Shown here: positions 45,494 to 53,334 of the stretch, piece after piece | How the letters are laid out: each line of letters starts with the position of its first letter | Numbering within the stretch: the first letter of the stretch is position 1 | Sequence record: OU509535.1 | Reading direction: 5' to 3' (one strand) | DNA: 64,000 nucleotides | Position numbers and translations under genes: made by a program | The notes under the pieces: model-generated | Seen by the model: the letters and a program-made list of their open reading frames with translations, nothing else | What the model was told of the DNA's origin: nothing | The model's database searches: none

Positions 45494-45925
45494 ATGTCTA
45501 AATCTATTTCTCTCGCACCAATTGAAGTACAGAATGCTTTTGCTCATGTACGTTCGTTTTTTCCTGATGTTGTTAGTGTTTCATTTGATGAAGATTGCCG
45601 CTGGAGTTATGAAACGCCTGGTGGATATTCCCCGGACTTTGATGATCATGATATTGACCAAGATATTCTAGAAGCTGCCGCTGATGCTCAATATAACATT
45701 ATGGTTCCAGTTGAATATATTGCGGATTGCTTTATTGAAATTGAACTAGCTCGCAGTACTGTAAAAGATAAACCAACTATTGTATTAACACAAATTGATG
45801 AAGAATTGTGGGACGTTACTGTGGGCGAAGGTGCTGCAACAACTTGGGAAACATTAGAAAGTGCTGTGTGTGAATATACCGATTCAATCCGTGAATATCA
45901 GTTTAAAGTTTCACGTAGTGCATAA
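45494..45925 (+). CDS. acidic hypothetical protein
   Basis: ORF track; AAGGAG RBS. Confidence 0.8.
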   Translation: MSKSISLAPIEVQNAFAHVRSFFPDVVSVSFDEDCRWSYETPGGYSPDFDDHDIDQDILEAAADAQYNIMVPVEYIADCFIEIELARSTVKDKPTIVLTQIDEELWDVTVGEGAATTWETLESAVCEYTDSIREYQFKVSRSA

Positions 45926-46013
45926 AAAAGGTATTGACAACATAATCCAGTACTGATATATTAATACACATAGGGGCAAACAACTTGCCCCACTAAACAA
46001 AAGGAACTACCAA

Positions 46014-46370
46014 ATGATTACTAAATTCTACGCTACTCGTGAACTGGCTCGGAACGTCGCTCGTGAAGAAGGTGAAACCTTCAAAGATATGGGTAAAGAT
46101 TCCCCTGCTGGTCAACGCTGGGCAGTGCTGTTCCGCGAGGTCAAAGACCTGGTAGAAAACGCTAAAGCCGTTGAAATGAACGTTCCCACCAAAGAAGATA
46201 AAGATCTGACTGATGCCCTCGCCGCTGCATTCTCCGCGATGGATAAAGCAGCAGCGGTAGTACTGAAAGTGCCGGAATTCGTAACCCGCAAAGTGCATTC
46301 AGTACTACAAAATAAATTCAACGGTAAACAGGTTCAAGTGTTTACTAAACGTAAAATTCCGGTCATGTAA
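46014..46370 (+). CDS. hypothetical phage protein, host-optimal codons
   Basis: FYATRELAR..KDMGKDSPAGQRWAV. Confidence 0.85.
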   Translation: MITKFYATRELARNVAREEGETFKDMGKDSPAGQRWAVLFREVKDLVENAKAVEMNVPTKEDKDLTDALAAAFSAMDKAAAVVLKVPEFVTRKVHSVLQNKFNGKQVQVFTKRKIPVM

Positions 46371-46393
46371 AATCTGACTATTACAGTACTAAC

Positions 46394-46415
46394 AAAGGGG
46401 CTTCAATGCCCCTTT
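46394..46415. terminator. intrinsic terminator
   Basis: aaaggggc-ttcaat-gccccttt. Confidence 0.7.
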
Positions 46416-46448
46416 AAACGTCCTGTAAACCATTCTAAGAGGTTTTAC

Positions 46449-46697
46449 ATGAAAAAGGTACAACTACACAAAGGAGTGATGAAAGTTCATTATAATGCCC
46501 CGCAACGCATTATAGATAGAGCCATTGAACTAGCCAATCAATACCTAGCTGGTGGATTAACTCCCAGGAAGTTAAGCAACGGGAAGTTATATGTAATCAA
46601 CGTTGATACTAATAATCGTATAGTAATCAAAGGTGAAAGCATATCACTGTATGAACATCAGCAGTATAACAAGAAAGTAAAAAATATTAGTAGATAA
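46449..46697 (+). CDS. small basic protein, possible ParE/RelE-like fold
   Basis: YVINV..NNRIVI..SLYEHQQYN resembles ParE-like small phage proteins (recall only). Confidence 0.35.
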   Translation: MKKVQLHKGVMKVHYNAPQRIIDRAIELANQYLAGGLTPRKLSNGKLYVINVDTNNRIVIKGESISLYEHQQYNKKVKNISR

Positions 46698-46776
46698 GTG
46701 TTGACAACTCATTTCAGTACTGCCATAATGTATACATACAAGGCAATACCGCCTAATAACATAGGAGTAACTGAAA

Positions 46777-47199
46777 ATGAAAAAATCCACTAAAATTGTC
46801 TTAGGTGTATTTGTTGTTCCGACAGTCGCCTTTTTTACTTGTGCTATGATTTTTGGTGATGCTTCTCGGGTTGCCGCAAAAATCGAAAAAGAAAAACAAG
46901 TCCAGGCACAAGTTAAGAAAGAAGAAAAACCAAATTATAACACTGTATGGGAAGCAATTTGCCATACCAGTAATGGTAAAAGGATCTCCATCCTTACAGC
47001 GATGAATAATGGAAAATCAATCGTCGGAAACGAATATATGGAAGTTACTTCCAGTACTGGTAAAGAATTTGTAATGACGAACTATAATAACAATAACGTT
47101 GCAATTGTTACACAAGATTTTAAAGGTAATGCAGTACTTGAATATCATACGGAATATGAAGTAATATTTGCAAAATGCACATTTGAATGGGGTGCATAA
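46777..47199 (+). CDS. membrane-anchored exported protein
   Basis: N-terminal KK + hydrophobic segment; AGGAG RBS. Confidence 0.75.
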   Translation: MKKSTKIVLGVFVVPTVAFFTCAMIFGDASRVAAKIEKEKQVQAQVKKEEKPNYNTVWEAICHTSNGKRISILTAMNNGKSIVGNEYMEVTSSTGKEFVMTNYNNNNVAIVTQDFKGNAVLEYHTEYEVIFAKCTFEWGA

Positions 47200-47214
47200 A
47201 ATAAACAAAAAATC

Positions 47215-47256
47215 AAAAAAGGGGGGGTTGACATATGTCAGCCCCTTTGCTATTAT
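47215..47256 (+). promoter_or_regulatory. terminator/promoter fusion cassette
   Basis: gggTTGACatatgtcagcccc-tttgc-TATTAT. Confidence 0.7.
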
Positions 47257-47262
47257 TAATAT

Positions 47263-47307
47263 CAAGAAAACAAGCTAACCCACAGGGTGCATAAATGTAT
47301 CTATAGT
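47263..47307 (+). ncRNA. small non-coding unit (conserved family)
   Basis: CTAACCCACAGGGTGCATAAATGTATCTATA identical to reverse complement at 42021-42051. Confidence 0.65.
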
Positions 47308-47382
47308 TTATTAAAGAATTTTAGTACTTGACAACGTAGTACAGCAGTACTAAAATATCTACATACAAAGGAGATTACCAAA

Positions 47383-47967
47383 ATGAACAAACATCTTAAA
47401 GTACTGAATAAATGTAAATCCAATACCGAAATGTTACTGTACTGTTACAAAAATTTAATTAAACTCGGGAGAGGTTCATCCAGAACAGTATTTTTGTTAA
47501 CAAAAAATAAAGTACTGAAAGTTGCTCATAACCATATTGGCAACCAACAGAATACGGCGGAAATCACCGCCTGGCTGTATGTTGATTATGATCGCTATTA
47601 TAATAAACGTTTTTTCGCTAAAGTGTTCCCTGATATGTCGCATTTCAAAGATGTATACATAGTACAGGAGTACTGCGACAATATCAGTACTAAAGAAGCG
47701 AAGCCATACATTGAACATTACTTGACACCTCGCACAATTGAAAATGAGCGTGCTAAACGCTTCCACACGGCGTTAAGAGATGTAGACAATACCCTTAACT
47801 ATAAAACGCTGGTGGACTTAAACATGGGCAATATAGGCCGTTCTGTAAGGGGTGCAATCAAAATCCGTGATTATGGATTATCTGAGCATATTGCTAAACA
47901 GTACCGAGAAGCCCGCTTCCAATACCAGAAGCTCAAAAGTATTAGTAAAATAAGTATTGATTTATAA
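47383..47967 (+). CDS. putative Ser/Thr protein kinase (protein-kinase-like fold)
   Basis: Gly loop LGRGSSRTV, VLK lysine, NTAE, catalytic DLNMGN, DYG. Confidence 0.75.
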   Translation: MNKHLKVLNKCKSNTEMLLYCYKNLIKLGRGSSRTVFLLTKNKVLKVAHNHIGNQQNTAEITAWLYVDYDRYYNKRFFAKVFPDMSHFKDVYIVQEYCDNISTKEAKPYIEHYLTPRTIENERAKRFHTALRDVDNTLNYKTLVDLNMGNIGRSVRGAIKIRDYGLSEHIAKQYREARFQYQKLKSISKISIDL

Positions 47968-48034
47968 TTTCAGTACTGGTATAGTACTTTCACAGGGGAG
48001 ATAATCTCCCCCAAATCACAAAGGAGATTTTACC

Positions 48035-48397
48035 ATGAGTACTAAACCATTTGTAACCACTCGTTCCAATCTGACTGAGATCTATGTACATGGTGGATAT
48101 GAGGAAACGTATGTCACTGGTATTATGGTAGAATTCCATCAGGGTTATCGGTTTATGTTGGTAGATTCAGAAATCTATCATACCCAACAAGATAAACATG
48201 GTTATGTCAATAAGTACTCCACCGATGAAGTACTGAAACGCCTGGATAATAAAATTAAACAAATTCAAAAACATCTTGACAACGGCGGAAAACTTAATCA
48301 TTTACTTTGGGATAGCTTAGATCCCTGCTACGGTTCGGATGCATATGGTAAAAGCCGTGACACTGCAATGAAAGTACTTAAAGATTATTTCTTTTAA
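48035..48397 (+). CDS. hypothetical protein
   Basis: ORF track; AAGGAG RBS. Confidence 0.8.
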   Translation: MSTKPFVTTRSNLTEIYVHGGYEETYVTGIMVEFHQGYRFMLVDSEIYHTQQDKHGYVNKYSTDEVLKRLDNKIKQIQKHLDNGGKLNHLLWDSLDPCYGSDAYGKSRDTAMKVLKDYFF

Positions 48398-48488
48398 GTA
48401 TTGACATAGGTTATCAGTACTGTATAATGTTTTGCATACACAAGAGATTCCAGTACTGGAATCTCTAATCTAAAGGAGAATACCGAAA

Positions 48489-48770
48489 ATGATTACTGGT
48501 CACATTACTAACTATGCAAAACGCCGCGATGTAGAAATCGAAGTACTGAAAGCTGGCGAAGTTGACGATGACGCCCAGGTATGGTTCTACACCGCAGACA
48601 ATGACTGCGAACCAGTACTGATGTACCTGATTAATAATGATGGTTCTCTTACTTATCGTAGCAAACTGATGAAGTCACTGGAAGATATGCCAGCACATAT
48701 CAATAATAAAGAAGTACTGAAACGCGTAATCTGCTACATCTCAGACCAGCACAAAGCGGATATGATGTAA
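48489..48770 (+). CDS. hypothetical protein
   Basis: ORF track; AAGGAG RBS. Confidence 0.8.
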   Translation: MITGHITNYAKRRDVEIEVLKAGEVDDDAQVWFYTADNDCEPVLMYLINNDGSLTYRSKLMKSLEDMPAHINNKEVLKRVICYISDQHKADMM

Positions 48771-48783
48771 TCTTTACAAATAT

Positions 48784-48817
48784 GGGGGTTGACTAATGTC
48801 AGCCCTATTGGTATTAT
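48784..48817 (+). promoter_or_regulatory. terminator/promoter fusion cassette (degenerate T run)
   Basis: gggTTGACtaatgtcagccc-tattgg-TATTAT. Confidence 0.65.
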
Positions 48818-48823
48818 ATATTC

Positions 48824-48873
48824 AATCCAGCGAAATGGTCTAACCCTCAAGGGTGCCGAGATGTATCTATAGT
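48824..48873 (+). ncRNA. small non-coding unit (conserved family)
   Basis: cca-gcgaaa-tgg; ACCCTCAAGGGTGCCGAGATGTATCTATAG. Confidence 0.65.
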
Positions 48874-49022
48874 TTAATGATTTGAAGTACTGAAAAATAA
48901 TTATAAAAAAAGTACTTGTATTTGTGATTCAGTACTGCCATAATATATCCATACAAGGGAAACATAGTGTTTCCCGATAATCCACAGCAATAGTGCTGGT
49001 GGATGAACCAGGAGTAATAACC

Positions 49023-49319
49023 ATGCAAGACAAATCAATTCATGTTCAAGTAGTTTCAAGCCGTGGCTATGACGATGTAGTACTGGATATCATGGTTAAA
49101 GATCTGCGGGACTATGCAATCATTGCACGTCATATCATGGTTAACTCCATTTGTATCAGTACTGGTGCTGATATGGAAGAAAACCGCTTACATATAGAGG
49201 AACATCTATACAAAGCACGTATGAATGATAGTAGTGTATTCATCATTGAAGGTGCCGAGGGTAAAGAGTATACCGTATACCTTCGCCAGTACCTGGAAGT
49301 AGAAAAAGAAGAAGATTAA
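49023..49319 (+). CDS. hypothetical protein
   Basis: start moved to ATG after AGGAG. Confidence 0.8.
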   Translation: MQDKSIHVQVVSSRGYDDVVLDIMVKDLRDYAIIARHIMVNSICISTGADMEENRLHIEEHLYKARMNDSSVFIIEGAEGKEYTVYLRQYLEVEKEED

Positions 49320-49410
49320 TTTATATAAAGTACTTGCTTTAATAGTTCAGTACTGTATACTGTTTATCAAGGGGAAGCAATAGTGCCTCCCCACTCATAG
49401 GAGATACACC

Positions 49411-49809
49411 ATGTTTACTATCACTTCTCGCCAGGATGTTCTGTACGTTGCTAAAACTTTTGGTCTGGAAGCACTGGATCATATCATCCGCAACAGTACA
49501 ATGAATGCTGATGCAAATGGGATTATCATTGATACTCGGGCATGGGCCGCCAATGAAGTCATTGCCATCGAACATGTTAACGATGGTAACAATGTCTATG
49601 AAGTGGATGCATGTTTCAATGCTGTTAATGTAGCAGGTATGTATATCACTGGTATTGATGATATCACTATCATCCGCTCCGGTATGGGTAACTTCTCCAT
49701 GCCTTTACGTTCAGCAATGGAAAGAAAAGAGATCAGTACTGAACAATGTGCAAATTTAATCAATGAGATTACCGCACGCAATGAAGCTGCTGCTATCCTT
49801 TACCCGTAG
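49411..49809 (+). CDS. hypothetical protein
   Basis: ORF track; AGGAG RBS. Confidence 0.8.
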   Translation: MFTITSRQDVLYVAKTFGLEALDHIIRNSTMNADANGIIIDTRAWAANEVIAIEHVNDGNNVYEVDACFNAVNVAGMYITGIDDITIIRSGMGNFSMPLRSAMERKEISTEQCANLINEITARNEAAAILYP

Positions 49810-49828
49810 TAGTTCAGTACAGTACTGT

Positions 49829-49860
49829 AAGCCCATAGGATAAACCCTGTGGGCTTTTTC
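49829..49860 (+). terminator. intrinsic terminator ending the central block
   Basis: aagcccatagg-ataaac-cctgtgggcttttt. Confidence 0.8.
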
Positions 49861-50115
49861 TTTATTGGTAATATGATTGGGTAGGTTATGGTGTAAGTAC
49901 TGTCAGAATTGATTACAGGAGGATAGCGTAAAAATTGATTAATTGATTTCAGTACTGAATTGTCATTGAGAAAAAATATTAGTCAAAAAATAATTGACTT
50001 AGAAAATAATTAAACCAATACCTTATACTGTATGAAATAGTTTCGGACTGTTATTATATATTTGACTAAGTAAAGTGGTATTAGGCTTAGCACTTTTATA
50101 TAGTATTACAGTACT

Positions 50116-50199
50116 GAACAATTTATACTATTCTGTACACTATTCTGTACATCATTCTGTACTGGAACAATTTATACTATTCTGTACACTATTCTGTAC
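50116..50199. repeat. 35-bp direct repeat x2 (period 49) built from TATTCTGTAC units
   Basis: gaacaatttatactattctgtacactattctgtac at 50116 and 50165. Confidence 0.9.
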
Positions 50200-50305
50200 T
50201 ACACTAATTGAAATTCATGGATATAAAACCCTTGCCTCTTCAATAAAAGTGTGCTATGATGTAATTAATATGTGTGTTTCTATTATGTGAAATTATGGGT
50301 ACAAA

Positions 50306-50494
50306 ATGAAAACCAGACCGTATCACACTGAAATAAAAGAAGCTTTTTATAATGGTAATCCATTAAGAAGTATTGAATTAGTTTTGCTTCGTAATTTAGG
50401 TACACCATCACAAGAAGAGTGTGTTCAAGAATATATAAATCGTTTGATATATAATGTAAAGTACAAAGCAAAAGGTATTTTTATCATTACTTAA
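50306..50494 (+). CDS. paralog family C (LGTxxQE..YI..LI)
   Basis: LRNLGTPSQEECVQEYINRLI. Confidence 0.7.
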   Translation: MKTRPYHTEIKEAFYNGNPLRSIELVLLRNLGTPSQEECVQEYINRLIYNVKYKAKGIFIIT

Positions 50495-50586
50495 ATCGTA
50501 ATACATAAAGAATTAGATGATATTTAATGCTGTACTAATATCTTGACTCTTTTCTTTTTCTATAATTGTATATAACAGGAATAGTA

Positions 50587-50952
50587 ATGCAACCTAAATT
50601 AATAAATTTTAAAAAATTCGATTCAAGAGTTAGTAAATCATGTCAAGAGTATACAAAAAGATATTCAATTCAACCCAATACTGTTAGGGTAAAAGAAATC
50701 TATCTACTTCATGCACTGGATACTAATGTACAATACGGGTACTCATTGCAGTACATTGATGCATTAATGCAAGAAATAAAAAGAAAGTGTATATGTGTGT
50801 ACATTACTGGTATGAATTATGAAAAGTTCAGATTTGCAGTAAAAGACTGGAACGATCCTGCTGTGGTACTGAAAGAATGTGAAACGATGGAAGAAGCCCT
50901 GTTGTTTATCAAGGCCAACAATTATCTTTGTGTAGAAAATTTATCAATTTGA
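50587..50952 (+). CDS. family C domain fused to C-terminal domain (like 54274)
   Basis: HALDTNVQ..QYIDALM; CETMEEALLFIKANNY. Confidence 0.75.
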   Translation: MQPKLINFKKFDSRVSKSCQEYTKRYSIQPNTVRVKEIYLLHALDTNVQYGYSLQYIDALMQEIKRKCICVYITGMNYEKFRFAVKDWNDPAVVLKECETMEEALLFIKANNYLCVENLSI

Positions 50953-51049
50953 CTAACCTTTGTTTGCAAAAAGTAGACAAAGGTTTTTCTTTTTGCTATG
51001 ATATCAGTACTACATAATCGTATCAACTCATTGCTGAGGAATCAAAAAA

Positions 51050-51457
51050 ATGGCAAAGAAAAAGAAAAAGATTGACAGAACATTACGGCATCCTAAGTAC
51101 AGAGTTCAATATCATGATAGTGAACAGATAGAAGTAGATTTGGGAGGTGGAAGTAGGTTAAAATATGCTAACAATGCATATGTGAATAATAAATTTGTAT
51201 TAACATTGTATAAAAATTTCAAGTATCATTCAAGTAATGATCTTCTTGATTATACATTTATTAGTACTGAAGAAGAATTATTTCAGCATTCTTTGTTGTG
51301 TACTGTTGATATTGATTTTTCTGTACTCGTACAGTTACAGAAAGCTTTAAAGCATCAAATGTATCAATATATTTTTCCAAATAAACTGGAAATGATCAAT
51401 ATGAAGAATAGATATGTTTTGGATATTACTGGTGCTGGGATTGAATTAGAAGAATGA
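51050..51457 (+). CDS. paralog family A
   Basis: STEEELFQHSLL. Confidence 0.8.
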   Translation: MAKKKKKIDRTLRHPKYRVQYHDSEQIEVDLGGGSRLKYANNAYVNNKFVLTLYKNFKYHSSNDLLDYTFISTEEELFQHSLLCTVDIDFSVLVQLQKALKHQMYQYIFPNKLEMINMKNRYVLDITGAGIELEE

Positions 51458-51642
51458 AAACAATATCGGAATCTGAGTACAATGAAATAGTTTCTGAATG
51501 TATTAGAAAACGCAATGGAAATTTTAATTTTGGTAATGTAAGAGGTAGAGAAATTTTACTTATTGCATTTTTAGATACAAATTTACAAGAGAGCTATTAT
51601 CAAGAATATATTAAACATTTAATTCATAGTTTACACAAATGA
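51454..51642 (+). CDS. paralog family C
   Basis: IAFLDTNLQESYYQEYIKHLI. Confidence 0.7.
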   Translation: MKTISESEYNEIVSECIRKRNGNFNFGNVRGREILLIAFLDTNLQESYYQEYIKHLIHSLHK

Positions 51643-51956
51643 AAATAAAAGAACATAAAAAAGTACGTATAGAGAGAATGGGTAAATTATATACTTTTAA
51701 TTACAATAATAATGTTATATTTTACAGTACTGTAATGAAACATTTCTATTCTAAGCACGGAGTAGTTCCTACATTTATAGATTTACCCAGTGATGAGTTA
51801 TTCCAGCAATTATGTTCTTACGATGAATCAGAATTGGGATTATCTATATCTGAATTTGAAGGATTACAGATATTGTTTAAATTCAATGAAATTCCTAATT
51901 TGTGTTATGTAAACATACAAGATGGATACAGTTATATCTATGAAGTTTTTAACTGA
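51639..51956 (+). CDS. paralog family A
   Basis: DLPSDELFQQLCSYD. Confidence 0.75.
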   Translation: MKIKEHKKVRIERMGKLYTFNYNNNVIFYSTVMKHFYSKHGVVPTFIDLPSDELFQQLCSYDESELGLSISEFEGLQILFKFNEIPNLCYVNIQDGYSYIYEVFN

Positions 51957-51970
51957 GGTCGCGTACAGCA

Positions 51971-52334
51971 ATGAAAACTACTAAATTTGAATACAGAATT
52001 CAAGTATTTGATGAGGATATTTTGTGGTCTTACGAATATTATAAAAATGAGTACAAGAGTGAAGCGATAGATAAGGTTCTGAGAAAAATGATACGATTAA
52101 AGTACTGAATAATCATCTAATATTAGAATTTTTTATAGAGAAGATACATGCAGGTTATTGTGTATTATTACATCCTTGGAGATGACCGAGGAATATGTAT
52201 TTCAATTAAGTACAGTACATGAATATTTTTCTGCTATTATAATGATCACAGAGTTAAAGAAAAGAATTAATCGCAAGATGCGTGTTCATATACCTGATTT
52301 CAGTACTGAATTGATCAAGTACATTGAGCATTGA
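51971..52334 (+). pseudogene. possibly frameshifted family A gene (or two tiny ORFs)
   Basis: 45-aa ORF stops at 52108; a different frame carries MTEEYVFQLSTVHE to 52334. Confidence 0.35.
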
Positions 52335-52420
52335 GATATAAAATGTCTTGACATTGGCTTTTCTTTTTGCTATTATAATTATAAACCCGTATTATCCTTT
52401 ACAAAGAGTAAGAAAATAAA

Positions 52421-53059
52421 ATGACTACAAGTGAATTATCTGAACTGTTTGGGATTTTATCAGTACTGATGCCTAAGATCGAAAGTAATCCACATCATTT
52501 ATTGAGTCCAAAAGCACAATCTATTTTCAGTATTGAAAAACATGTGCAAATGGAATACCATGAATACCATGCTTATTTCAAAGCTATTAAAAATGGTGAG
52601 ATCATCCCAAAAGTATATCATGTTAGTATTAATGAATTGAGTTCTTACACTCGCTGCGAAGTTACTCGTCGTGAAAATTATTATAATGCTACTTGTACTT
52701 GTGAACGAGTATTAACATTGAAAGAAAATTCACATGATTTTAATGTAATTAATCTTACTGATGATGGTAAAGTGAAAGAAGTTATGTATCATCCTACATC
52801 AGAAGAAATTATGATCAACAAAGGTGGTTTTTGGGGAAGTCGACATAAAATTAAAATTCCTAATTACAAAGACTATGATGATGTTGATGCTTACATGTTT
52901 CAGTTAAGTACTGTAAAGAATATTAGTACTGAAGAAGAAAATATTATGAAGTTCTTTATGTTCTTACAGAAGTTTAAAAGTTCACGAAAGCGTTTACCTA
53001 AATTTAGTACAAACATTGAACTGATTTCATTATCTAAACTGCTAGAGTTATATGACTAA
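52421..53059 (+). CDS. paralog family A (long form)
   Basis: YDDVDAYMFQLSTV; similar to 63574. Confidence 0.85.
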   Translation: MTTSELSELFGILSVLMPKIESNPHHLLSPKAQSIFSIEKHVQMEYHEYHAYFKAIKNGEIIPKVYHVSINELSSYTRCEVTRRENYYNATCTCERVLTLKENSHDFNVINLTDDGKVKEVMYHPTSEEIMINKGGFWGSRHKIKIPNYKDYDDVDAYMFQLSTVKNISTEEENIMKFFMFLQKFKSSRKRLPKFSTNIELISLSKLLELYD

Positions 53060-53330
53060 AAGTGAATACTATTCAGTACTGAATATACAGGAAGTATGCA
53101 ACGAATTATACTTCACTCCTTATACAGAAGTATTGCGTTCTGTACTACAATCACTACAGAAGGAATTCAATGCAAAGTACAAAGGAACGCCAGTGCGAAC
53201 AAAAAACAATGAATTTGTCTATGAGACTGTAATTGATCATTATATTATATCCTTCATTGATTGTGTGTTCAAAACTGATATTGGATGGAACAGATATTTT
53301 GATGAAACCGTTATGATCATTGGGAAATAA
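53052..53330 (+). CDS. paralog family B (LQxxFNxKY)
   Basis: MTKSEYYSVLNIQE..LQKEFNAKYKGTP. Confidence 0.8.
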   Translation: MTKSEYYSVLNIQEVCNELYFTPYTEVLRSVLQSLQKEFNAKYKGTPVRTKNNEFVYETVIDHYIISFIDCVFKTDIGWNRYFDETVMIIGK

Positions 53331-53334
53331 AAAA

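Larger units (their letters stand above)
31703..49360 (+). promoter_or_regulatory. dense set (roughly 30-35 by hand) of consensus sigma70-like promoters, many with AGTACT pairs and 5' stem-loops
   Basis: e.g. 32951, 33862, 34273, 36781, 40022, 42918, 45413, 49332: AGTACTTG(A/C)..-spacer ending AGTACTG(N)-TATAAT/CATAAT/TATTAT. Confidence 0.85.
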
